Below are positions 45,408 through 63,089 of a stretch of DNA of 64,000 nucleotides, one piece after another. Within the stretch, counting starts at the first letter, position 1; each line of letters opens with the position of its first letter. The position numbers were made by a program, and so were the translations under genes. Below the pieces are notes generated by a model. The model ran no database searches. It had not been told where the DNA came from and was given only the letters and a program-made list of their open reading frames with translations. The DNA is from Phaeosaccion multiseriatum (Eukaryota; Protista; Ochrophyta, other classes). Location of the stretch: NCBI GenBank assembly GCA_965112735.1, contig OZ218953.1, positions 3,906,001 through 3,970,000 of the forward strand, given 5' to 3'.

Positions 45408-46086
45408 ATGCATTACCAACAGCCGCCGCCGCAGCAGCAGCAGTATCAGCAGTATGGTGCTCCTCCTAACCCAATGGTGCGGCAGAGCTCGTGGAACGCG
45501 ATTCAAACTCTCTACCCAAAGCTGCAACTGTGCAAAGTCCACGCCAAGCAGGACTTGCTTCCAGCCAACTTGGCTGTGCCGGCCCACGTGCACGAGGTCT
45601 TGGAGAGACAGAGGCCAGAACCCTACAGTTACCAAGTAGAGCTGAAGGTGAGCCTTGTAGGAATAGTTTGCCCTCCCCAATTCCGTATTTTGCCCCTCCG
45701 CAACTGCTTTCTCCTAACTCCAATCCCTCCTCCTCTTCGTCGCTCTCCTCCCTCTAAAGGCTATCCAGCGCTGGGAGGATGAAGTGGAGGAGGCAGTAAA
45801 GCCCTCAACAAAAGTCAGTAGCCCTTCAGACTCCCCATCCAGCAGCGGCGGCGGCCGTTCTACCCCCACCCCCAATTCCCATTCCCCCCCACCGTTGCCG
45901 GCGCGGCCGAAGCCTATACCGAAGCAGCAGCAGCAGAAGCAGGAGCAGCCGCCACACGCACAGATCGACCCCAAGGTGCAGGAGTTTTGCAGCATCACGG
46001 CTGCGTCCCCTGCCGACGCTCGGGCGGCTCTGGACAAGGCGGACGGAGACCTGAACGATGCTATCCGAGGCTTCTTTGAGGGGTGA
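45408..46086 (+). CDS. 188-aa protein with UMA-like N-terminal region, Pro-rich linker and C-terminal UBA-like domain
   Basis: Exons 45408-45647 and 45760-46086 join in frame. C-terminus KVQEFCSITAASPADARAALDKADGDLNDAIRGFFE is a typical UBA-like three-helix pattern. Confidence 0.7.
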
Positions 46087-47217
46087 GCCGGGGCTATTTG
46101 AAGATTGTTTCCAGGGGTGAGCGGGGCGATCCTACAAGCTAAAGCACAGCAGCATCAAGGACAAGGCGTGAGTCAATCAGGAGAAAGACAAGACCGCGGC
46201 CTTCTCTGTCGACATACGAAGAGCGAGCAGGGGCCAGCAGCATCGCATCAGAGGCCTCATTGAACGACGTTGGCTTTCGAGAGCAGTCGAGACTGCAAAG
46301 TAGTTGAGAGAGAAGCCTTGCGGAAAGCCGGAGGTGACTTGGTCTGGGGCCAAGGTGGCCCTCTCCGACCGCCGGAAGTGCTGTCCCGGCACACGTGTGA
46401 GCACAGAAAGCACCATGGCCTTCCATCGGCACAGGGTGAGATGGGATTCTGGTACCAGGGAGGAAGGCTCTGTGCCACTTGGGTGACTTGGTTTCTTGGT
46501 TACTCGACACGTATGCCCGGAAGCCTTGGGCACCCATGTCCCTCCTGCTGGGCAAAGAACCGCCCTCGATCGTAGAGAGTCTCCCCGACGTCTCTGACCG
46601 TTATCCGCGGGCACTGCTTCGGCGGCGGTGGCGTTGGTGACTGCTGCGTCAAAGGCATGCACGAACTTGGCCTCCGATGGCAGGAGGAGAAGTCGCGGAT
46701 CGAAGAGTGGAGGGGCAGGACGTGGGGCGGGGGCCAGACGGGGGCGGGGGACGCCACCCGAGACACTGCAGCGGCATTCCCAAAGAAGCTGCGGCGTGAA
46801 GGGCCCATGGAGAAGGGTCTCCTCGCACCGCGGCGCTTGGCGGGGCGAAGCGAAGATGTGATGAAAGAGTTGTTAATTGAATTCTATGAATAAAAGAGAC
46901 ACACGCTTGTCTAAACGCCTGTCTTCCTCCTCCTCCTACCCCCACCGGCACACTCCCTCCCTGAGCTACGTGTGCGTGATGCCGGGTGCGACGACCTGTT
47001 ACCGTATCACCAACTGCTCCGCCGCCACGCCCCCCCTCCTTCGCTGCTGCCACCGCTGCTGGTGGTGATGCTGCCTGCGGTGCCCCATGACCCACGCAGT
47101 GCCTCTCAGCTCCCAAGAAGGAACAAGATGGAGCGCTTATTAGCGGACTTGGGGCAATCATGCACCGGCTAATGTACATTAGAGCATGCCCCTTTCACAT
47201 CCCTAGGGCAGTACGCC

Positions 47218-49041
47218 TTAAGCTGACTCCTCTGCCCCTCCCCCTCCCGCTGCCGCCTGGGTGAGCTCCACTATTCTCTCCTTGACGGCTTTGCGGTCCT
47301 CCGCAGGGCTTGAGAAGGGCACGCGGAGCTTCCCCTTCTCCCCGCCCTTGAGCGTTGTGACCACGTACATGCCCAGCCTGGCGGGGGGAGAAGCGGAGGG
47401 AAGGCAGACAAACATTGGCAGATTGAGGGCATCAGATGCTCACGCAAACAAGGTATTCGCTCAATACACAGTTCCTCTTCATTTTGTTCGGCTTTGCCTG
47501 TGTACACTTGCTCTTCGCTTTGTTCGGCTTCGTCTCCTTACCGATCAACCCCTGTGATCTCCGCGCCTTCCACGATTCCGGGTCCCGTGATTAAGTGCTC
47601 CACAATGGCTACTGTTGAACTGGAATGGTCCTTGTTCATGTGCCCTGCGATGGGCTCCGCGAAAGCCGTAATGGGCTATAGAAAATGCGATGGATGGGAT
47701 CAGGGAACCACAGGGACCAACAGACAGGGAGAGGGAGGGGGTGGGAGAGCGCACGGGAGAAAGGAGAGAGTCAGCGGGATAAATCTGAGGCGACGAGGAA
47801 GGAGAGTGCATGCGAGATTGGGGCACTGAAACGCAAGGGGACTCGAGGCAAAAGCAACGACCAACCAAAGACTTACATCAGGCTTTGTGCTTGCGTACTC
47901 TTCAGGCTCGATGTCGCCTGCCATGGCAAACCCGCCCACAAAGCGAATAGACTTAATCTTGTCCATTCTCATGAAGGAGAAGTCCCCGAAATCCACCCAG
48001 AAGGCGTTGGGGTGCTTCTTCTTGTACATCGCCTGACATGGGCGGAGCAGGAGAGAGGAGGGAGGAAGAGTAGACCGGCCAAAGCGAGGAGCTGGTCAAG
48101 TGCCGGAGAGTTCGGTGTCGAGAAGACTGAGGCACGGCATCCCTGTCTTCGTTCAACAAGTACCGCCACCACCATCACGGACCTACCTTCACTTCCTCCT
48201 TCTCTTCGGCAGGCACCAGTCCAATATCTCCGGTCAGGGTGACTCTCCCATCAGCGGCTCCCTTGAAGGTGTTGCTCGTGACGGTCAGACTGGCCCGTCC
48301 ATCTGATTTGAGGTCTGTGGTGTGCGAAGACATGCTGCTGAAGGCGAACAAAGGCCGACCCTGTCCACGCAGGGTGCAAATGGTGCAACAGAGCACGCAG
48401 GGGGGGGGGGGGGGCGGATGAAGAATGATTTGATAAAATATCGAAGCCTCCCTCTCGGTGGCGTGCCGAGCCTCTCACCTCCGGGTCCAGCCCGAAGCCC
48501 GCCACAGCTCCATTCGGGTACCCATCCTTGGAGTTTGTGGAGATGACGCCAAAGCCATTGTTGTACTCAATCAGCGTTCGAACCTCTGAACAAGGTGGTC
48601 AGAGCAATGTGAAGGATGAGAACGAAGGGGGGAAAGGAGGAGAAGGATGTGGATTTCTCAGAGTTTTTGTACACAGACCGACAGAAGAAGTTTATCGGTG
48701 CCTTGGTCCCTGTCCTTCCTACCCCGTCCCCACCTTCTGTTTTAGATAGTCGCGCAGCTCCCTGCTGGTGCTCCTGAATCTTCTTAGAGAGCTCTTCCTC
48801 TTCGGGACTCCTCTTCGGCGCTCCTGCTGGGGGCTGGTGCCCTGACGCACTCATCTTCCTCACCACACCAGAGCGTGCTGTGGCGACGGCGGGAGCAGCT
48901 TGGAGAACTGAAGCGAGAACGCAAGGGACAAGGGAGAAGCTGCGTAAGTATCCTTCCTCTCGATGACTCAGATCCTTGTGCTCGCTCACCAAATGGAGAG
49001 GCTTTCGCGACCAATCCAGACAGGAGAAGAGACGCGAGCAT
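47218..49041 (-). CDS. Plastid-targeted HugZ-like split-barrel (PNPOx-like) plus DUF2470 protein, related to heme-binding/GluTR-binding proteins
   Basis: 7 exons. Leader MLASLLLSGLVAKASPF, motifs SSMSSHT, RVTLTG, WVDFGDF, RFVGGF, HMNKDH and VDRLG. Confidence 0.82.
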
Positions 49042-49216
49042 GCCACGTGGCTTCATTTATATCAAGCTTGGACTTATTGTTGAAATGGGTGTGTACTTAT
49101 TAGCGCTGTGTGGAAATGATGGAAGACGGGGAGGGAAAACTGCCCTTCAAGTGCCATCTTGCGATTTCGCGCCGGCGCGCTTTGCTGAGCTCGGCCCTTG
49201 ACATACAGGCCAGCCC

Positions 49217-49347
49217 AGAAGCAGGCCGGCTGGCGCCGGCCAGAAGCAGGAAGCAGCCTTGGCCCTCATCATTGCCTTATTACATGGCTTTCCCCCAGAA
49301 CCTGGAACCTGCCTGGCCGGCTGGCGCCGGCTAGAAGCAGGAAACAG
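49217..49347. repeat. Two direct copies of GGCCGGCTGGCGCCGGC(C/T)AGAAGCAGGAA
   Basis: Copies at about 49224-49252 and 49315-49343, upstream of the HugZ-like gene. Confidence 0.8.
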
Positions 49348-49457
49348 GGTCGTCGCCTCAGAAGCATGTCAGGGGCCGACTGAGCTGTTCATACTTTTCC
49401 GAGGTATTCTGATTGGCGCATGGTGACTTCTCGGTTCCCCTCCCTTCCTGGCTCCGA

Positions 49458-51511
49458 TCAGTTCTTGCGGCGTATGGAAAAGTCCAGGCGCTTGACGAAA
49501 ATGCACAACACGAAGAAGGAGAAGAAGCCGGCCGCCAACAGCAGCGGCTCCTGCAGCAGATACACCATACGCATGTCGTACTCCACACGGAACTTGACAT
49601 TGTGCTCCCGGACCAAGTTCTGAGGACAGACAAGACGCGAGTAAGCAAGCGAGTGAGCAAGCCAGTAGGGGGGAAAGATCCGAAGAAGAGGGTGCGAAGC
49701 GCACACACCCTGCCTGCCTGTCTGCCTGCCTGCCTCACCTTCATGTGCAAAATGACCACCGTCCGCCCCCCGAGCAGAGGAGTGTCCAGATAGGTGGAGC
49801 GCCTGGTGTGGGACTCCTCCACGGCGAAGGGCATGGACGAGCGCACGTTGCTCACCCCCTCGGGCAGCACCACCTTGACCGTGTAGTCGTCCACCCACAC
49901 GTGCCCGAAGGGTACCCCAAAGTCCATCTCCAGCGTGAAGTGCGAGCCCGAGTGCCGTAATCCCACCTAATCATGTCATCACAATCAATAGACGGAGGGT
50001 AGGGGAGCAGCAGCAGTTGAGAAGGAGGAGTAGTGGTCAGAAGCGGAGCAGAAAGTGCCTGAAAGCGCCATTGGGTGCGAGAGCAATGCACCACGCAAAC
50101 GCAAACGTAAACACACACACAGAATACACAAACAAAGAACATGAGACAACAAGAGGTGGTGGTGCTGCTGCTGCTGCTGCTTTGGTATCGAATGCTCACC
50201 TCGGTGGGGATGTTGTACCCCATGTAGTACGACGTCTTCCAGCCCCCGTACATGGGGTAGCGCGTCTGCAGCTCCAGCCGCGTGCCCACGTCGCTCAGCT
50301 CCACGGTGGACGTTGACACGTTGCCGATATTGTCGCGGTAGTAAATGCCCGACGCCTCCCGCGGCAACAAGGCCCGCAGGCTGCGGAAGGAAGGGTTCTG
50401 CGTCGACGACGCTCTGCTCACTTGGTAGTCCAGCCTGCTGAAGCCCCCCTTGAGCTTGGCCCCGTCATGGACAAGGTCATACAGCTCCTCCACGGCAATA
50501 TTGCCCCAGTTGGACACCTCAATCTCCCTCAGACAGGATGTCATCTTGGCGAAGGGAGCGTGGTTCACATAGTGCACTTGCAGCATCTCCTCCTCGGAGT
50601 CGTCAGCAGCGCTGGGACTGGCGCTGTCGAGGATGGGGCCAAGTACAATGGTATCGCCCTTGATAGATGTTGGGGCGTTGGCCTCAAAGCTCTCTACGGA
50701 GCTGCTAGCCAGTTTGATGGTTGTGGTCTGGGAAGTGGTGAAGTATGGTGTGGGTGCGAGAAGCGAGTCCTCATACAAGACGAGCTGCTTGTCGAGTTGT
50801 TTAATCTCCTCTGGAAAGGGTTTCAGCAAGCCCGTGTATACCGCCACAACGGTCAAAGAGAAGTCTGAGAGGAAGCACCAACACCACCAGGTCATTGTGG
50901 GCGGGGGCGGGGGGGGGATTAGACGGCGGATATAAAAGGGTGGCTGGGATTCTTCTCCGCGATATCGTCACTCCACTCCTTGAAGCTCAAGAGATACGTG
51001 ATCCAACGTCACCTTGCTGTACCAACCCATTCCCCACTTACCTTTGGAACTTCCGTCCCCTGCCTTGACCTTCATGAGCTCTTCCCCCTCCCCCGTCACA
51101 GCTTCCGCTCGAACGATCTCGCCCCCAATCCTTGCCTCCAGGAAGGCCAGGTTCTCGCCATTACTTATTGCAAATACGTACTCTTCCCCGACACCGCTCG
51201 CCTTGTACGTGGTCCGTATCTGAGACGCGATCGAGACGCGGTTGAGGGGGGAGGGGGAACAGGGCGGCGCACCAACAAGTAAGTCATACGCCACCAGCAG
51301 CAGGGACCAAATTTGACTGAGCTTGCAGAAAAGAAGAAGAGGGTGAGATAAGCACAACTCTCTGAAGTAGAGGCAAGTCGAGCAACCAACAACCTACCCG
51401 TGTGATGTGGGAGGAGATATCGATCTTGCGAAGGATCTCCGTGTTTACGACATCCCCTGCCGCCACCGCCAGCATCACGCATACCAGCAGAATGTGCAGA
51501 AGGAGCAGCAT
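49458..51511 (-). CDS. RPN1: Oligosaccharyltransferase subunit ribophorin I
   Basis: 5 exons. Signal peptide, REIEVSNWGNIAVEE, GGFSRLDYQ, YYRDNIGNVSTS, RYPMYGGWK and TYLDT motifs, C-terminal TM after QEP. Confidence 0.93.
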
Positions 51512-51714
51512 CTCTCCTACCTGCTGCTGCTGCTAGCGCGCGTGGTTTTGTTATTCCTCTATGGTATTATTGCTCAGCGAACACTCCTCACCTGTGGCGC
51601 CACCAAACTCAAATTCCCATCTAGAGGCATATTTGGGCCCCCTTCCTCCTCCTTTTATACCTTCGCGAGTACTTGAAGAGATTGGGGAAGGAGGGAGGCA
51701 AGGTAGACATTCTC

Positions 51715-53845
51715 TTATTGCAATTTGGAGGCCTTGAAGGCCAACCACGGCACATGTGTCTGCTCTTCTTGTTTCTCATTGTCCCGCTCGTTCGTCTTCA
51801 ATCTGTCTCGCACTTGCAAGAGCGTCTCCCGCAGCCGCTTTTTGGGCTCCTCCGAGTAGGCTTCTTGGGCGAGAGCGGAGAGGCACAGGTCCAAGTTGGA
51901 AGTATCCACATAGTTCGCACTTATTGCAACAGTGGGAGTCAGATTCAGGACCGCATGGGCTGAGCCCGAGGGCACGAAGAGAAGGTCTCCCTCCTCCAGC
52001 ACGCACTCCCATCCCCACTGGACATGCTCCGGGTGCCCAACCGCACAGGGATCATAGTAGCCCAGGCCCTTTCCTGCTCCTTCGCCATCCACAGCCGCCC
52101 CTCCTGGCGAGGAGGCGGTGTCGAATCGGCACGGAGGAAAGGACGCTACGAGGCTTCCCTCCACGTACCGCGGGTGTAGGAGAGGGACCGCTTCCTTGGG
52201 GTACATGATCCACCGCTTTCTCCCGCGCAGTAGCGCCATCCAGAAGTGACTGCCAAAGCTGTCGACGTGCGTGTCGCTCTTGCTTGCCTTGGATCCAATG
52301 AAGAGGGAAGGCCAAGAGTCTGCGTAACACAGAGCCGAAGGGGGAGGGACAACGCAGCGCTCGGAGCCGGGGGGTTCACTCCCTCCACCGCCGTCCGCAC
52401 CGGCTCCTTCTTCCCTTTTCCTCTCCTCGCCTTGATGAACCTCCTTGCCTCTCCAGTTCTTGGCTCTCTGCAACAGGTCACCTGCAAACCATTTGGGAAT
52501 ACTAAAGGACTGGGCCAGCAGCTCTGGGCAGTGTTGGGCGAGGCTCCAGTCGTGCAAATACCACGCCTCGTCATTCGCATACCCCCCCCCCTCGGGTGCT
52601 CTGCTGCGCTTCCTCCCTCTTACTCGCTCTCCTGCCCCGCGGCTGCTTCCTTCACCACTCGTGCCTTGCTCATGTGGTGCACCAGTCTCTCCCTCCCCAA
52701 GGGTCTGCAGACTTTCATGCGGCTCCACTAGATTGCCATTCGCATCGTGCGTCTCAGTATGGACTCTATCCAGCAGATCTCCCACAGTAACCTCCCCTCC
52801 TTCGCCCTCCGTGCGGTCCTCAAGCTTGGCCCACGACATGGAATCTCGAACGTGGCGCTTCACGGTCACCTTCTTGTCGCCCAGCTTAGTGCGCAGAAGG
52901 CGCAGCACCTCCTGCCGCCAGGCCACTCTCTCGCACCTTCCCGCTCCTCCTTCTTCTTGCTGCTGTTGCTGCTGCTGCTGCTGCTGCACGTTAAAGCAGA
53001 CAGACGCGCCGCCTCGAATGATGCAAGGCACTCCTGGCTCCGCATAAAGGCGATGAAATTGCTCCACAGAGAGAACGTCGCTGTCCACCACATCCACAGC
53101 CCGTAAGCCTCTCGCCTTCTCCGCCTTTCCCGGGGGCGAGGGTGGTGGTGTGAGGCTGAGGGGTGGAAGCGCGTTCAGCTGCTGGAGCAGCGCGTGCTCC
53201 TGCCGTGCGGTGCTGACGACTGTTCGTAGTCTGGCTCGCTCCGTGAGCATGAAGCTGTCCGCCCCAGCCTCGCCCCCGTCTGCACACACGATGGAGAGGA
53301 GAGCGCGGGGAGAGCTGTGAGCTCTTGGGTCCTTCTAAGGAAGGGCCACCGCGACATTGGGCGAGGTCGGTTCTTGTCGAGGGTCTTTCTTACCCATGTC
53401 CACAGCGAGCTCGACCTGTGTGAGAGCCTCTTCGCAGTGCTCTGGGCCCAGCTTCTCCAGGAAAAGTCCTGTGCAAGCACGAACACACACAGCATTTCAA
53501 ATCAGGCAAAGTCAGTGGACAGGCGAGGCAGAGTGAGTGAGAGGGGCCGGTCCGGAAGGGTGCACGACGATGGAGAGCACACACAGGCTTGGACTCCTAC
53601 CTACCAAGCAGTAGCACGTCCTGGGCGGCGTCCTCGAGATCTTGCACCTCACGAGACCCATGGGCCATGCTCACCCTCGCCCTGAGCTCTGCTACTCGCT
53701 GTTCAATGAAGGCCCTTCCCTCCAAGGTTTTTGAGAGCGCATAGAGCTTCGCCCTCGGCTCGGTCGAGACTGGCATACCAGGAACCAGCACGTGCCTTCC
53801 CTGCCTTCGCCTCCATCTCGCTAGCTCCACCAGTGACCCGGACAT
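51715..53845 (-). CDS. JmjC/cupin 2-oxoglutarate oxygenase (JMJD4/JMJD6-like) with helical N-terminal domain
   Basis: 3 exons. YLHDW, HVD metal ligands, GRKRW and GDLLFVPSGSAHAVLN. Confidence 0.85.
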
Positions 53846-54309
53846 ACAAGGAGGGGAAGGGAAAAAGGGTTTCTGCTTTGGTGGATCACACATTCCCGTC
53901 CATTGCCATCCCTTCCGGCCTTGTTTGAGTTCAAACAATCAACAAAAAGAGAGTTCGGAAGGAACGGAGGAGGGCGTACTAGTGTACTACCGTAAGCACG
54001 TGTAAGAGTATTGTCCTTGCACCTTGGTGCTTGGGTCGAGAAGACCGAGAAGCAGCGCAGCAGCGACTGTCTGAGCGGAGGCTTTTGTCGTAACCCAACG
54101 GCCAGCTCGAGAGCTCGTCTTTGGGTGGCATTAGGCTACAGGCTAACACAGGCGAGGCAGCAGAGGGCTGGAGGATAATTTGGAGGGAGAACCTGTGTGG
54201 GTCTATTGTGCCTTGACGACGCTAGCCTCCAGCAACCCCAGCACGTACACTTGAGCGCCTCGTTTGGGTGGGAGTGGTCGGTGAGCAGGAGGAAGCGGGG
54301 AGGCTGATC

Positions 54310-57300
54310 ATGATCCTCAGTCGCGACCAGCTCGATGCCTTCTATGAGCAGCTTAAGCTGGACTCCACCAGCGGGGCAGGCGGATGCACCATCATCATCT
54401 TCGTTGCTCCCAGCTGTGACGCTATATGTGCCACCCGCATCCTTACTTTCCTCTTGAGGAGCGACGCAATCCCCTACCTCGTCAAGCCTGTGGCAAACTA
54501 CGACATGGTCAGAGAAGCAGACGAGGAGCTGCTTAGCAATAACACGGTAAGTTGTGGTGCCTTGCTTGATGCTATGCTTCTCCATGGCGTTCGGTCTTGA
54601 TCCTGGTTTCGCTCACGGTTTGAAAGAGGAGGGAAGGGGGGATGAGGTGTTGCCCAACAGCTGTTGCCGCTCCCGCTCCTGCTGCTATTACACTCTAGCA
54701 CAATCTTGCTTGTATCAGCCTTCATTCCTACGTGCAGCATGTTGACTGAGGGTTTCTCCTCCAACCCCTACCCATCGCTGCCCGGTCGCGCTCGGGGGAG
54801 CATAGCAGTGCGTTTACCTACAGCCAGCAGGAGGGTGATAGCTGCTGCCACCATCTCTTTATAAACATCTTCCTTCTGTATCCTGTCCCTCACCTTTCTC
54901 CCGCCCATCGCCCCGTCCATTCCCTCTGGCCCTCTGCCCCCCCCCTCATGCCCCCGGCCCCACCCTTCATCTACTCACCGAACAGGATGTGCGCAGCGTG
55001 GTTATGATCAACTGTGGAGCGGTGGTAAACATCCTGTCACTACTGCCTAACCTCCCCGAGCAGGCTCGCGTGTACATTGCCGACAGCCACAGGCCCGTCC
55101 ACCTGGCCAATATCTACAGAGGAGACACGAAGGTGAGCGCCGCTAGGCTGTACCGTCGGAGAGGTGACCTGACCACCAGCGGATTGGGGCTTGACGGGGA
55201 GAACGAATCGAAGAGCGTCAACTGGTAGTGCACTGCTTGGAGACTCTGCAGTCAAGACACCTTCCATGGGTTTGTCCTGTCACTAACGAACGCGCGCTTG
55301 CCTCCCCAATCCCAATATACCATCCCGCACCGCACCCTCCTCCCTCCATGACGCTCAGGTGTTCGTCCTCGATGACGGGTCCTTGTTGGCGGGCGAGGAG
55401 GAGCTGCCAGAGGACGGGGAAGGCCTCAGCGGAGACGAAGGGCTTGACAGCAGCGATGATGAGGAGGAGGACGACGATGAGGATGAGGACGAGGACTCAG
55501 AGGGGGAAGGAGAGGGACAGGCGGAGCTAGACTCGGACAACGCACAAATCCGCGACCCGAGGCAAGGGAGGAGGAGAAGAAGAAGAACTTCAAGCGGGGC
55601 AAGCGACTCCGAGTCGGACGACGAGGAGGACGGTGGGGAGGGGGGAGAGGGCGATGGGGCGGGGCTGAACAGCAGCGACGAGGAAATTGCTATTGAACAG
55701 AACTCGGATTCGGACGCCTCGAATCAGGCTGGCGCTGGGAAGCAGCAGACGGCGGGGGCAGAAGGGGGAGGAGGAGCAGATGGTGGTAGTACCAAGCGGG
55801 GGCGCAAGAGGCGATTCTCGACCGGGGCCTCGACCATGCGCAGGGAGAGGCAACAGCGCAAGGAGCTGCTCCAGCAGTACTACAGCGGCGTCTCTCACGC
55901 CTTGGGGGCGTCCCCCCTCCTGTTCGACATGGCCACTCAGGTACGCACACCGCTTCTTGGCCTGGCCAGTTCGCCTGCCACTCTCGTCCTGCATGGCCTA
56001 GCTGCGGGGGCCTTAACTTTGAGAAAGGTGCCACGAAAACTGTCTGAGGACGGGGCACTTTTTGACCTCCATGTGCCTTTGCCGTCTTGACCCCAAAGCC
56101 TTTCCGTGCGCACTGCCTGGTCTCACGGCCTCACACCCAGTAAGCGCCATGGCTTGCGAAGTTCACCCCCTCCTTCTCCCCAACGTATAACGCCTCCCCT
56201 CCCACCCTCCTTTCACCACGCGTCAGCAACATGTGCGACTGGCTCCCTCCTGACCATAGCTCCCCTTCCCCACCACCCTGTTCTTCTGTATCCGCTTCTG
56301 CAGATGAACATGGACACGAACGAGCTACTGTGGCTGGCAATCGTAGGGCTGACCGACCAATACCTCAGCCGCAAGATGGACCCAGACAGCTACGTACTCT
56401 ACGTGCAGCACTTTCGGTCACACGTGCTCAACAAGAACGCCGACGAGGCCAGGGTGAGTGCGACAGACGACAGAGGGGACGTAGAGTACGGGATAGAGAG
56501 TTTGACCGTAGCAACGAAGCAATGCCTTGGCTGTAGTGAGTGCCCTCCCTATACCCTGCTATTCTGCCCCAAGCCTCCACCTCTGTCTTATCCCGCGACC
56601 TCCACCTCCTGCCCCCCCCCCCCCAACAGGACATTACGGCAAGCGACGGGACGCTCATCCCCGTTTCGGAGTCGGGGCGCATCTGCTACGAGCTTGAGTA
56701 CCGCTTCATGCTTCACCGCCACTGGTCACTCTACGACGCCATGTTCTACTCCAGCTACGTGGCGTGCAAGCTGAGTGTGTGGACGGGCAACGGCAGGCAC
56801 CGCCTCGAGGAGCTGCTGGCCAAGATGGGCCTCAGCCTGCACCAGTGTCAGCAGAAGTACCCCTTCATGTCCTCACAGCTTCGGAGCAGGCTACGGGCTC
56901 AGATCGAGCGGTATGGGGAGGAGTATGGGCTGGACGATGTGTTTTACGGTAGCTTTACGCGAAGCATGGGCTTCAAGACGGACATGAGCGCCGCCGACGT
57001 AGTCTACAGCGTCACTGCTCTCATGGAGCGCGTGGGAGAGGGAGAGGGAGAGGCGGCAGCAGGGCAGGCGGGAGGAGGAGCGGAGGAGGACGTGGGGGAG
57101 GCGTGGCTGGACAGCTTCAACGACGCGTACGATGCGCTGGCGGGCAAGTCCCCGCAGGTGATCAAGAAGGGCCTGGAGCTGAGCATGGGGCTGCAGAAGG
57201 GGGTGGTCATGCAGGCCATTAGCATGGTGCAGAAGGGGAGCCTCACTCCGGCTAAGCACTTCCGCTACGGGTACATTCACGCCACAGAGGCCGACAATAA

Positions 57301-57625
57301 GCTCTTTACGCAGCCCATGGCCCTGCTCAAGCTGGCACACTTCCTTGTGGACATGCACCGCGAGAATGGCAAGTGGACCGGAGCCAAGGCGCGGCCCCTT
57401 GTCATTCTGTGCGAAAGGCCCAACACTTACTTGGTGGTAGGGGTGCCCTGCGCAGAGAGGGTGGACGAGGTACTCAAGAACAGGTTTGGGACGTACTTCC
57501 GCCTGGCCAGCGAGGAGAGCAGTGCGCGCGTGCGACACAGTGGCTTTGAGGGTGCGGTGACGGAGGTCATGCGGGACGATGTGCAGAAGTTTATTCACAG
57601 TTTGCACCATATTATGGATGCATGA
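54310..57625 (+). CDS. CDC45: DNA replication factor CDC45
   Basis: 5 exons. DAICA, INCG, DSHRP, LLWLAIVGLTDQ and RHWSLYDAMFYS motifs, acidic insert. Confidence 0.96.
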
Positions 57626-58018
57626 GGAGGGAGGGATATACATATTTATAATATTATAGATACATTGGCTTTGAGTAATTCTGTGGTGGGAGGCTGATGA
57701 TAGGGGACCGACCCGTCAGCTTTCCATGATTGACTGCTGTCCTGTGACACAGAGTACGCTACCGCACCAAGGGACTGACTGCGCTCCCCAGTAAAGCTGG
57801 GGTTATACGCTTGCTTTTAGAGTACATGCTAGACAGCAAGTTCTTCAGAGTCTCTTTCCGCTTTTCTGTTCTGTTCCTTGTGAGGACGCTTCACTGTGGC
57901 CACCACATGGTGGCAGCAACATACACACACACACTCTCTCTCTCTCTCTCTCGGTGTGCATTGCGCATTGCAGCAGATGGTAAACAAAAAGGGTTCAAAT
58001 CGCGTCATTGTCATTGCG

Positions 58019-62872
<4,854 letters not shown>

Positions 62873-63089
62873 GTCTTCGAGAAAGGAATGCTGCGAAACG
62901 GAGTATCGTATCTGGATCGACTCCTTCGTGAAAGGTGCCTCGCAGTCATGGTGGCCGCTGCTGCCCCCCCCGGGGATGGAATATCTCTCTTTAACTTACA
63001 TCATTACGAGTAGGTCGGCAATAGAAATAACCTTACTCAACAGACTGGGTGTAGCTAGCAAATATCCAGACATTGAAGGAAGAAGCTAG

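Noticed and set aside
49217-49347. CRISPR-like repeat-spacer-repeat
   Set aside because: Only two repeats, eukaryotic context and no cas genes.
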